The notes beneath the pieces are model-generated. The model worked only from the letters and a program-made list of their open reading frames with translations, was not told the DNA's origin and did not search any database. Positions 1-6,996 of a stretch of 12,825 nt of DNA are shown here, piece after piece. How positions within the stretch are numbered: position 1 is the first letter of the stretch; each line of letters begins with the position of its first letter. This stretch comes from Candidatus Hodarchaeota archaeon (GTDB taxonomy: Archaea > Asgardarchaeota > Heimdallarchaeia > Hodarchaeales > Hodarchaeaceae), in the NCBI GenBank assembly GCA_016839785.1, contig JAEOTQ010000015.1, forward strand, positions 1-12,825. The letters run 5' to 3'. A program made the position numbers and the translations under genes.

Positions 1-304
1 ACCCTCTTCGAGAACGAGACTTTACTGATGTATAAGCTTGATACTGACTTAAATCTTCAAAAATTTTTTGGAAAACTATCCCATACTTGTAGATCGTAAC
101 AGTTGACAGCGGAACGGAATTACGGCTCTCTTCGGCACGACCAACTATTTCTTTAGATTTTTCAATTAGATTATTTGTGCTCTCGCTCAAACGAAACCCT
201 TTTTTTCCACTATTCACGCGCATATGTTCCTGAGGGAAATATTTACTAGCAAGGGCGTTGAATTGAGTCAATACATAACTTTTCGAATCAAATCGAGAGG
301 CCAT
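1..304 (-). CDS. Hypothetical protein, partial (runs off the left edge; not in the ORF track)
   Basis: Manual translation from ATG at 304-302, just after an in-frame TGA: MASRFDSKSYVLTQFNALASKYFPQEHMRVNSGKKGFRLSESTNNLIEKSKEIVGRAEESRNSVPLSTVTIYKYGIVFQKIFEDLSQYQAYTSVKSRSRRG. Open for 101 codons to the edge. Alternative ATG at 223. Confidence 0.7.
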   Translation of the reverse strand, partial: MASRFDSKSYVLTQFNALASKYFPQEHMRVNSGKKGFRLSESTNNLIEKSKEIVGRAEESRNSVPLSTVTIYKYGIVFQKIFEDLSQYQAYTSVKSRSRRG

Positions 305-364
305 TCGTCACTAGTCCTTAGTCTTATTATTGAAAGAGAAATATACCCAATGTGGGGTTCGGAT

Positions 365-392
365 TAGCGAAATAATTGTTGATTCTTCGCTA
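365..392. terminator. Inverted repeat (possible terminator or RNA hairpin) downstream of the HTH regulator
   Basis: TAGCGAA (365-371), 14-nt spacer, TTCGCTA (386-392). It lies 40 bp past the stop at 432, after T-rich tracts on the minus strand. Confidence 0.3.
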
Positions 393-431
393 TTAGATTA
401 GAGAAAGCATGTAAAGAACTGATTAAAGAAG

Positions 432-1109
432 TTATTCATCTTCCACGGGAGTAAATAACTGCCAATCACTCATCTTAAAGTTTAAGATCATATCTTCGCC
501 ATCTGGACACTCAACACGCAGGACTAGTTGTTTTTTACTCTTTAACACAACTTCAGGATGGAGACATCCTTCTCGTAACTTCTCTAATAAAAAACGAACA
601 TATGAATCAGAGATAGCTGTTAATGATCCATTCTGTAAGTTTTCAGCGACCTGTCCAGGGAAGATCTGTACTGTTCGTCCACTTCGTTTTGTCTCGATAA
701 GACCTACATCTTCTAGACGGGTGAGATGATAACGGACAGTATCATGATGTACTGAAGGTTCGATCCCTTGGGCTATTTGGCTCTGGAATGATCCAGGATG
801 ATTAAGGACATAAGTAAATATTTTACTGGCAGTTGAGGGACGGAGAACCGTATAAATCCTTTCAGCTTCAGCTGATCGCAGTCCTGCAGGATAATAAACT
901 CTTTTACCTGCATATTTAATAGATTTAATCAACGAATCCTCCTCAAGGCGTTTTAAATGCCAATTAAGAGTACCTTGAGGGAGTTCAAGGAATTTTGCTA
1001 AATCAAAAAAATAGGACCCAGGATTTTCAGCTAAAATAGAGTAAATTTTCCGGCGTACGGGATGTAATAATAAACTGAGACTCTCGGTATCATCCGATGT
1101 AAATGCCAT
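432..1109 (-). CDS. Transcriptional regulator with two tandem winged helix-turn-helix domains (ArsR/HTH_24-like, archaeal COG3398-type)
   Basis: Two similar wHTH units: HPVRRKIYSILAENPG..DLAKFLELPQGTLNWHLKRLEEDSLI and STASKIFTYVLNHPG..QIAQ..HDTVRYHLTRLEDVGLIETKRSGR. A ~70-aa C-terminal extension follows. Confidence 0.85.
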   Translation of the reverse strand: MAFTSDDTESLSLLLHPVRRKIYSILAENPGSYFFDLAKFLELPQGTLNWHLKRLEEDSLIKSIKYAGKRVYYPAGLRSAEAERIYTVLRPSTASKIFTYVLNHPGSFQSQIAQGIEPSVHHDTVRYHLTRLEDVGLIETKRSGRTVQIFPGQVAENLQNGSLTAISDSYVRFLLEKLREGCLHPEVVLKSKKQLVLRVECPDGEDMILNFKMSDWQLFTPVEDE

Positions 1110-1309
1110 ATGGGAATCGTTCCCTATAGTTGATTATAATAATGATTAATATGCAGAGAAGATTGACATTTAATTAATGTTTTTCAGGGGATTCCCCATT
1201 TCATCGAGCGTAATAAGTTACTCTACGAGTCATTTCTCCATCGATCGTTTTTCGAATAACTCCCTTTTTTTCCGACACACTTAAAATTTTAGGTCTTCTT
1301 AATTACGTT
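1110..1309. promoter_or_regulatory. Divergent promoter region (HTH regulator / hydrolase) with several dyads
   Basis: GGGAA-tcg-TTCCC 1112-1124; ACATT-taatt-AATGT 1166-1180; GGGGA-t-TCCCC 1187-1197. BRE/TATA-like GAAAAACATTAATTAAA on the minus strand at ~1169-1185. TATA-like CTTAAAAT at 1280-1287, 22 bp before ATG 1310, which fits a leaderless transcript. Confidence 0.45.
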
Positions 1310-2206
1310 ATGAGTAATCACTCGAAGAATTGTGGTCGTATAGCCATTTTAGTTCATGGGTTTGCTGGAAAAAAAGATTTTATGGATGAAATCGAGGAAT
1401 ATCTTGCATTTCCTGCTTATACCAAGATATATGATGATGTAATAAACGTAACCTACTATAGTTCGAAATATGGATTAAATTTCAGTCGTCCTTATGATTT
1501 AAAAACTCCAATTTACGATCCTGAAATAGAGCAGACATTATCCAATCATCTTCTTGATTTAATATATTCAGCAATTGTAGACCGAGAATTGCCCATTCTT
1601 ATTGATATATTTGCCCATTCGATGGGGGGATTAGTCACAAGAGCCATGATAAAATTTCTGATGCCTCTAAAAGATGAGAATTTTAGGGTTTCTAGAGTTT
1701 TCTTGTTGGGAACGCCTAATCATGGAACAAGACTAGCTCAAAGGATAATTAACATTCCGACAGATCTTCTTCTGACAGGATTGAACATTGCTCTGGAAAT
1801 CCCAAGAGGAGGAGTGAGTATGAGTGATTGGCAGATACTTAAATCCCAGTTCATTCAAATGGTACCAACTTCCAACTTTCTTAAGAATCTTAATAAGGAA
1901 CTAACAAAGGGAGAAAAAGCTGTAAAATGGTTTACAATTAGGGGATTAAACTCCTCTGGACTATTAGAATCTGTATGGCAACCATTTCTATTTAGGAAGT
2001 TATGGATAAATCGAAAATTTCCATACTTGCATATTGGACTGATTCCCAATGATGGAGTTGTAGATGCCGACAGTGTGCCATTAAAACATGCTGAAAATCT
2101 CACTGTTCCAAGTGCCACTCATATGGATCTACTTAAGTGGAATTCAAAGAAATCTGGCAAACTAGTCCGAGATTTATTATCACCACTTATTCTTTCTGAT
2201 TCCTAA
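1310..2206 (+). CDS. Alpha/beta-fold hydrolase (lipase/esterase, PGAP1/DUF676-like)
   Basis: Oxyanion motif ILVHGFAG, nucleophile elbow AHSMGG, LLGTPNHG, acid residue in NDGVV, catalytic His in THMDL. No evident signal peptide. Confidence 0.9.
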   Translation: MSNHSKNCGRIAILVHGFAGKKDFMDEIEEYLAFPAYTKIYDDVINVTYYSSKYGLNFSRPYDLKTPIYDPEIEQTLSNHLLDLIYSAIVDRELPILIDIFAHSMGGLVTRAMIKFLMPLKDENFRVSRVFLLGTPNHGTRLAQRIINIPTDLLLTGLNIALEIPRGGVSMSDWQILKSQFIQMVPTSNFLKNLNKELTKGEKAVKWFTIRGLNSSGLLESVWQPFLFRKLWINRKFPYLHIGLIPNDGVVDADSVPLKHAENLTVPSATHMDLLKWNSKKSGKLVRDLLSPLILSDS

Positions 2207-2210
2207 CATT

Positions 2211-3053
2211 CTAGTGGAATCGTGCAACGATATCATTCCGAAATTTCATGACGTTATTGAGCAAGAGCTCTGTGCTATGGGTAGTAATTATCATCTTAAA
2301 CTGCATACGATAATCAAGTGAATAAAGGAAAAACTCAGGTTTATAACCAAATACTCCAGTGTAGATATCGCATACCTCCTGAATTTTCTCTTTTGTCGAT
2401 TTTAGGTCTCCTAATGGCGCTCCCCAAATGAATGTATATCGTACCACTTCTTCTTCTATCAATTGGAGTGCAAATGTTCTGATACTTCGTATTCTGGACT
2501 TCTTGGCATGTAAAGCTTGAGCTTCTGTGTCTCCAATTCGTCGTTTAATTCTCCGTTTGTAAATTGTAATATTTGAGGTCATGAAATTCTTATTTGGAAT
2601 GTAGTGAAAAATATCATTGATTGTTCTAATTCTGGTATAGTTTAAAGAAATTTCCACAACTTGACCACGAACCTCATTACCTATGGCGATAAAGTCATCA
2701 ACACGAAATGGCCTTGTGAATACTATATAAATACCTGCAAACAGATTACTAAGCATTTGAGTCGATCCAAATGACACGATTGCTCCTAAAAATGCTGAAA
2801 CACCAATGATTCCCTCTACTGATAGTCCATAAAGAATCATTATAGAGTAAAGGATTAATAAAGCTGTGATGAGTTTACAACCGACTTTAAATAAATTAAT
2901 TATGTCCAGTGGTATTCTACGAATTCGGAAAATCTGAGAAGAGAGGATGAATTGGATAATCCAATTTGCAATTAGTAGAACCAGAATAATAATGATGAGA
3001 AAAACGAATTTTAGTTCTGGTGACAGAGCATCAATAAATGTTTGGGAAATCAT
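2211..3053 (-). CDS. MscS-family mechanosensitive channel protein (paralog 2)
   Basis: Three hydrophobic N-terminal segments, then SNLFAGIYIVFTRPFRVDDFIAIG..GQVVEISLNYTRIRT..YIPN, the MscS TM3/beta-domain signature. Confidence 0.85.
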   Translation of the reverse strand: MISQTFIDALSPELKFVFLIIIILVLLIANWIIQFILSSQIFRIRRIPLDIINLFKVGCKLITALLILYSIMILYGLSVEGIIGVSAFLGAIVSFGSTQMLSNLFAGIYIVFTRPFRVDDFIAIGNEVRGQVVEISLNYTRIRTINDIFHYIPNKNFMTSNITIYKRRIKRRIGDTEAQALHAKKSRIRSIRTFALQLIEEEVVRYTFIWGAPLGDLKSTKEKIQEVCDIYTGVFGYKPEFFLYSLDYRMQFKMIITTHSTELLLNNVMKFRNDIVARFH

Positions 3054-3055
3054 CT

Positions 3056-3916
3056 TTATGACCCCTCCTGGAGTTCAGCGAATATTGTCTCCATTATCGA
3101 CTCCATCAAGTATGGCCAAGTATTGAAAATCGTATACGCGTCAGGTGCGGTAATTAAAAGATAGGTATTTTGACGGTAATCACTTTTTCCAAAATAATAT
3201 GTTAGTTCTTGCCCAAAGATTGGAGCAAATTTTTCACACACCTTTTTTAATCGCTTATTAACCTCAGTAATAGAGATTGGGGGTATAACTGCATTTAATT
3301 GTAGCTGAATCAATCTTCTTAATTTTATATTACGAGAATCAGAATATAACTCAGTTGAAATTACCTTGATAGTGTCTAGAGCGTTTAATCCTTCTTTCTG
3401 TTTTTTTTGATCAGATGGTGATCGTGTGTTGTAATTTAACAACGAAACGTTCAATAAATTACTGTTGGGAATTAGTACAATTGTTTTATCCAATTGGACG
3501 ATCCGTGTGAAAGTTAAACCGATTTCTTCAACAATTCCAATTGCTTCTTGAGCCTGAATCAAATCTCCGACACGAAATGGTCTTGTGATTATTAAATAAA
3601 GTCCTCCATATAAGTTCGTTGCGATTGAGGTTGAAGCAAATCCGATTACTGTAGCTAAAATTGCTGAAAAACCCAAGATAAGTTCTTGACTAGCCCCTAG
3701 TAAGGTGAACGCTACAAATCCAAAAAAGAGAATTTGCGTGATACTAATCCCGAGATTAAGTGCATTTTTTCCCTCAGGGGGAATTTTTGGTAGTCGACGA
3801 ACCATTGACTTAAGGAAAACTCCACCAAACCAGATTAAAATTAGTAAACATACTATAATTAGTACAGGTGCAATTGAATCGACCACATTTTGGAGTAAGT
3901 CTATTAAATCCTCCAA
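3056..3916 (-). CDS. MscS-family mechanosensitive channel protein (paralog 1)
   Basis: TTG start with GGTGA RBS at 3923-3927. Hydrophobic N-terminal helices, then TNLYGGLYLIITRPFRVGDLI..GIVEEIGLTFTRI..VLIPNSNL. Only 2 bp separate it from paralog 2, consistent with an operon. Confidence 0.87.
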   Translation of the reverse strand: MEDLIDLLQNVVDSIAPVLIIVCLLILIWFGGVFLKSMVRRLPKIPPEGKNALNLGISITQILFFGFVAFTLLGASQELILGFSAILATVIGFASTSIATNLYGGLYLIITRPFRVGDLIQAQEAIGIVEEIGLTFTRIVQLDKTIVLIPNSNLLNVSLLNYNTRSPSDQKKQKEGLNALDTIKVISTELYSDSRNIKLRRLIQLQLNAVIPPISITEVNKRLKKVCEKFAPIFGQELTYYFGKSDYRQNTYLLITAPDAYTIFNTWPYLMESIMETIFAELQEGS

Positions 3917-4048
3917 TTTTTCTCACCACTACTAGTTTGGACTGAACCGACTCCAATAATAGAGTTCTTGTTCCATATTTTAGTACGAAAATTGAAAATA
4001 TTTGACCAATTAAAACGATTTGCATTTGGTAGAAAAAACGGAGATTTA

Positions 4049-4064
4049 GGTTACACTTGTAACC
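4049..4064. promoter_or_regulatory. Perfect 7-2-7 inverted repeat GGTTACA-CT-TGTAACC (operator or terminator hairpin)
   Basis: Read directly from sequence. It lies 55 bp downstream of the 140-aa gene and ~130 bp upstream of the MscS pair. A second dyad, GAAAA-atg-TTTTC, follows at 4066-4078. Confidence 0.45.
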
Positions 4065-4091
4065 CGAAAAATGTTTTCAGATGATTAAATA

Positions 4092-4110
4092 GTAAAAAGA
4101 GGAAGGGACG
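4092..4110 (-). terminator. Pyrimidine/oligo-T tract after the 140-aa gene (archaeal-type terminator)
   Basis: Minus strand reads CGTCCCTTCCTCTTTTTAC, 10-28 nt after the stop at 4120. Confidence 0.35.
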
Positions 4111-4119
4111 AACAGGGAT

Positions 4120-4542
4120 CTAAGCTGCGGTCAAAGTCGTAATATCGACCTTGCTTACACCCTTGATTTCCTTTAATTCGTCCTGGAGTTGGTCTCGTGA
4201 GATAGTCAAGTCGCTAGAATCGAGGTAACCCTCGTAAGTACACGAGTCTTGTGTGAAACACAGACCTGTACTATATAACGTCTTGATTTTACTACGCATG
4301 AACACAACGCCCAGTTCCTGCAAAAAGTCAGGTGAGAGTTCACCGATTTCAATGGCTACTTTTACCACTTCGGGACTTTTCGTTGGGATTATCCGGATAA
4401 TCTTTGTTGAAGGGGCGAGGATCATTACTGCTGAGCTTTCCTCCACATCTTTCGGTCGCAATGTTTCCAGGAAATCTGCGGGTAGAGATATGGGTTTTGA
4501 TTCTTGTAGTTGGATCATTTTTGCTATTGTGACTGCAGACAT
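4120..4542 (-). CDS. Small protein, probable AbrB-like N-terminus plus ACT-like C-terminal domain (putative regulator)
   Basis: N-terminal LQESKPISLPADFLETL..VMILAPSTKIIRIIP resembles the AbrB swapped-hairpin pattern. C-terminal VVKVAIEIGELSPDFLQELGVVF..LQDELKEIKGVSKVDI fits ACT beta-alpha-beta topology. GGAGG at 4555-4559. Confidence 0.6.
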   Translation of the reverse strand: MSAVTIAKMIQLQESKPISLPADFLETLRPKDVEESSAVMILAPSTKIIRIIPTKSPEVVKVAIEIGELSPDFLQELGVVFMRSKIKTLYSTGLCFTQDSCTYEGYLDSSDLTISRDQLQDELKEIKGVSKVDITTLTAA

Positions 4543-4657
4543 TCTAATTTTATGCCTCCACGTATATTATATTTATTAGGGAGTATTCCGATGTTTGAAA
4601 GTGTTTTTGGCATGATATGTGCCTAACGTTTCTTACGAAGAGATTGGCTAGCTTCAT

Positions 4658-4673
4658 GTTTAAAAGGCTTTTT
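4658..4673 (-). promoter_or_regulatory. Candidate archaeal BRE-TATA promoter for the 140-aa gene
   Basis: Minus strand AAAAAGCC-TTTTAAAC: purine-rich BRE followed by a TATA box. Would imply a ~90-nt 5' UTR containing the GGAGG RBS. Confidence 0.4.
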
Positions 4674-5219
4674 ATTTTTGTCTTGTTTTCGCCTGATTCC
4701 ATGATTGTGCCCTTACCTCACATTATCGAAATTCGTCCACAAATCCACTATTTGTACTCGTTTATGGCGAAGATAGGGGTAAGTTCCCTTAACTCGAATA
4801 TTTGCTTAAAACTTTCTCTTCGTAGGTATTTTGACTCATTCGCCTTTTTCATAAATTTTTCTGGAATAATTTTCAAAAAATCTGCTTGATTTTAATAGTA
4901 ATGTCATTTTTTCGATTGATAAGCGTTATTGTACCTTGGTCTTCGTTTTTGTTTTTAACTTCCCTGAATTATAAGTCCATTGTTACTTAAGAATAATATC
5001 TCTTGAATATCCCAGATTTTAAATCATTAAAGCCTTCTTTTTATGTTTTCAAGTAGGTGATATTTTTCACTTTGAATAAGTTTAGTTTATCTCTACCTGT
5101 ATCTCTCCTCTCATGAAAATGTGATTAGTAATTCCAAAGCAAGCTAGAATATTCATGTCGCTGGAAAAATCTTTATTTTTGTTAGATATATTCACTGTCT
5201 CAAGATCTGTATTTATTCC

Positions 5220-5235
5220 ATAAGGCTAGCCTTAT
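5220..5235. promoter_or_regulatory. Perfect 16-bp palindrome ATAAGGCTAGCCTTAT upstream of the GTPase unit
   Basis: Self-complementary over 16 bp, 80 bp upstream of ATG 5316 and just 5' of a TATA-like TTTAATTT (5243-5250). Confidence 0.5.
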
Positions 5236-5315
5236 TAGTAGCTTTAATTTCGATTAAGGTTGAGGAACATACTTGTTAATCCGTTCTTCTGCCCTTTACT
5301 ATAGGGTGAGTACTC

Positions 5316-5942
5316 ATGGTATTAGATAGAGACATTAGATTGACTATTTTAGGGCACACTGGTGTTGGGAAGACCAGTCTCATAAAAAGGTTAAAGGGGG
5401 AAGATCCCGCAGACACAGAAAAGACGATGGATATAATTATCGAGAGAAAAAAAATGATTCTCTTGTCTGCAGCCAAACAATCAAAATTATCATTAGAACG
5501 CTACCGTAAATACAATATTATAGCCGTTGATAATCCTGGTGACTTCAAGTTACGACGAAAATGGCGTGAAGCCATGCGTAAGTATAAAACTGATGGGATT
5601 CTCTTTATGCTTGATCCTTCGCAACCTGTAGAAACTCAACGGGTTGCGATGGAAGATTCATTTAATTACTTTCTTGACAGTCTAAGTTTGGATCCTGAAA
5701 AGGCAGATAAGAAAGCAAGAAAGAAGAAAACATTGTTTGTGTTCGTAGTCAATAAGATGGATACGATAAATCATGATGAAAAACAAGCTAGTGAATTTTT
5801 AGACAATTTTGAACCCGTAGTCAAAGACTTCAAGATGACATTCCCTTTTGCTGTGTTTGAACGTGTATTTATTAGTGTTCAGGACTCACCTTACGAAAAG
5901 ATTGATGAAATCTTTGAGAAGTGTAAACAAGCTTTGTATTGA
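5316..5942 (+). CDS. Ras-superfamily small GTPase, Arf/Sar1/SR-beta-like
   Basis: G1 GHTGVGKT, G2 Thr in TEKTM, G3 DNPG followed by Arf-like switch II FKLRRKWR, GILFMLD strand, G4 NKMD, G5 ISVQ. RBS GGGTGA at 5304-5309. Confidence 0.9.
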   Translation: MVLDRDIRLTILGHTGVGKTSLIKRLKGEDPADTEKTMDIIIERKKMILLSAAKQSKLSLERYRKYNIIAVDNPGDFKLRRKWREAMRKYKTDGILFMLDPSQPVETQRVAMEDSFNYFLDSLSLDPEKADKKARKKKTLFVFVVNKMDTINHDEKQASEFLDNFEPVVKDFKMTFPFAVFERVFISVQDSPYEKIDEIFEKCKQALY

Positions 5943-5968
5943 ACTAAAAATACTGAACTGGATCGCCT

Positions 5969-6964
5969 ATGACTGATATTCACCAGGTAATTGTGAAGAA
6001 TGTTCCCCCAAAGGGATTGGATGTCGTAGCTGCGACGATTACAAAAAGTCAGATCCAGGATTTATCGCAATATATCCCTAAAAAACGCCCCAAGGAATTC
6101 AATGGAGTATATTTGACAAAATTTCTACATAACTCAGGAAAAATTGGATTGAGATTTACCTTTGACGATGGCACCGACCAATTTGGTAGAAAAGCAATAA
6201 AAACACATACACTTATTATTGATAATTCTTTCTATAATGCAAATACAGCCTTGTACTTTATTTCCCCACTTTTAAATAAGAGTTTAACGGTAGAGGGAAG
6301 TTCTCTTCTTCGATTTGAGGATTTTGAGAGTATTGAACCTCATCCAATCTCATCGAAACTAGTAGAAATGCTATTATGTAAAAAACATGTGAGTCTTGAG
6401 AGTCAATCTGAACAATCTTCTTATTCGTTGATCCACATTTTTAGCACTTTAGACAGAATAATACCACCCCTACTTACATCTCGATTTTCATTTCAGACTT
6501 TTATTGATCAATCACAAATTTCTGACGCAAAAAAGATAAGTCTTGTATATTCAAATTCTGATATTGCAAATTCTATTGCTCTAGATCAAATCAAGGATCA
6601 AGTCTCAGAATATCCAACTGTCCGAGCCCTCACTGACTCATTACATGATTTACCAACCTTACGTGGATTACAGAAGCAAATTTTCCTAGGAATACCTGAA
6701 AAACGTTTGAATTTCCGTATTCATTTGCGATTCGGAATAAAAACATTTGCACATATTAAAAAAACCCTTGAAATGGGTTTACATGTTAATGATCTGATAA
6801 AAATCGTTGATGGGCCCTATAGAGGGAAAAAGGCCCATATTGAAGACATAGATTCTGATAATGACCAGTTATCAATCATACTGATCGGAAAAGGAGCAAA
6901 AAGACCCATTACTATTCCTGTGAGTTCAGTATATTTAATGGAACCTTTAAACAGTAAGGAATGA
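5969..6964 (+). CDS. Putative GTPase-associated protein: GAP1-N2/GAP1-M-like region plus C-terminal Spt5/NusG-type KOW domain
   Basis: 26 bp downstream of the GTPase on the same strand. Motifs KGLDVVAAT, GTDQFGRKAIKTHTLII and LDRIIPPLLTSRFSFQTF. C-terminal GLHVNDLIKIVDGPYRGKKAHIEDIDSDNDQLSIILIG..PITIPVSSVYLM is a clear KOW motif. The CDS and KOW are solid; the GAP1 call is by motif memory. Confidence 0.6.
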   Translation: MTDIHQVIVKNVPPKGLDVVAATITKSQIQDLSQYIPKKRPKEFNGVYLTKFLHNSGKIGLRFTFDDGTDQFGRKAIKTHTLIIDNSFYNANTALYFISPLLNKSLTVEGSSLLRFEDFESIEPHPISSKLVEMLLCKKHVSLESQSEQSSYSLIHIFSTLDRIIPPLLTSRFSFQTFIDQSQISDAKKISLVYSNSDIANSIALDQIKDQVSEYPTVRALTDSLHDLPTLRGLQKQIFLGIPEKRLNFRIHLRFGIKTFAHIKKTLEMGLHVNDLIKIVDGPYRGKKAHIEDIDSDNDQLSIILIGKGAKRPITIPVSSVYLMEPLNSKE

Positions 6965-6996
6965 CAATAGAAAGAAAAATATTACCATAGAAGTGT

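Noticed and set aside
365-392. Hairpin as a SECIS element
   Set aside because: Too short, lacks the SECIS core motifs, and no adjacent gene shows an in-frame TGA needing recoding.
1855-2118. 87-aa minus-strand ORF
   Set aside because: Antisense shadow lying fully inside the hydrolase gene; no recognisable motif.
3705-4025. 76-aa (+) and 71-aa (-) ORFs
   Set aside because: Both overlap the MscS paralog 1 start (antisense or out of frame) and lack protein-like features.
4463-4483. ORB-like string GTTTCCAGGAAATCTGCGGGT as a replication origin signal
   Set aside because: Single copy, inside a coding region, spacing differs from the TTCCAGTGGAAAC consensus, and there is no cdc6/orc1 gene in the window.
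4253-4579. 108-aa plus-strand ORF
   Set aside because: Antisense to the better supported 140-aa gene, which has an RBS and a recognisable fold pattern.
4617-4889. 90-aa plus-strand ORF in the long gap
   Set aside because: Phe/Leu/Ile-rich composition is what T-rich non-coding DNA gives; no RBS or motif, and it overlaps the candidate promoter. Not fully excluded as a small membrane protein.
5276-5476. 66-aa minus-strand ORF
   Set aside because: Antisense shadow of the GTPase P-loop region.
5969-6964. Calling the 331-aa gene spt5/nusG or a ribosomal protein
   Set aside because: Only the last ~60 aa are KOW-like; there is no NGN domain, and the context is not the usual secE-spt5-rpl11 cluster.
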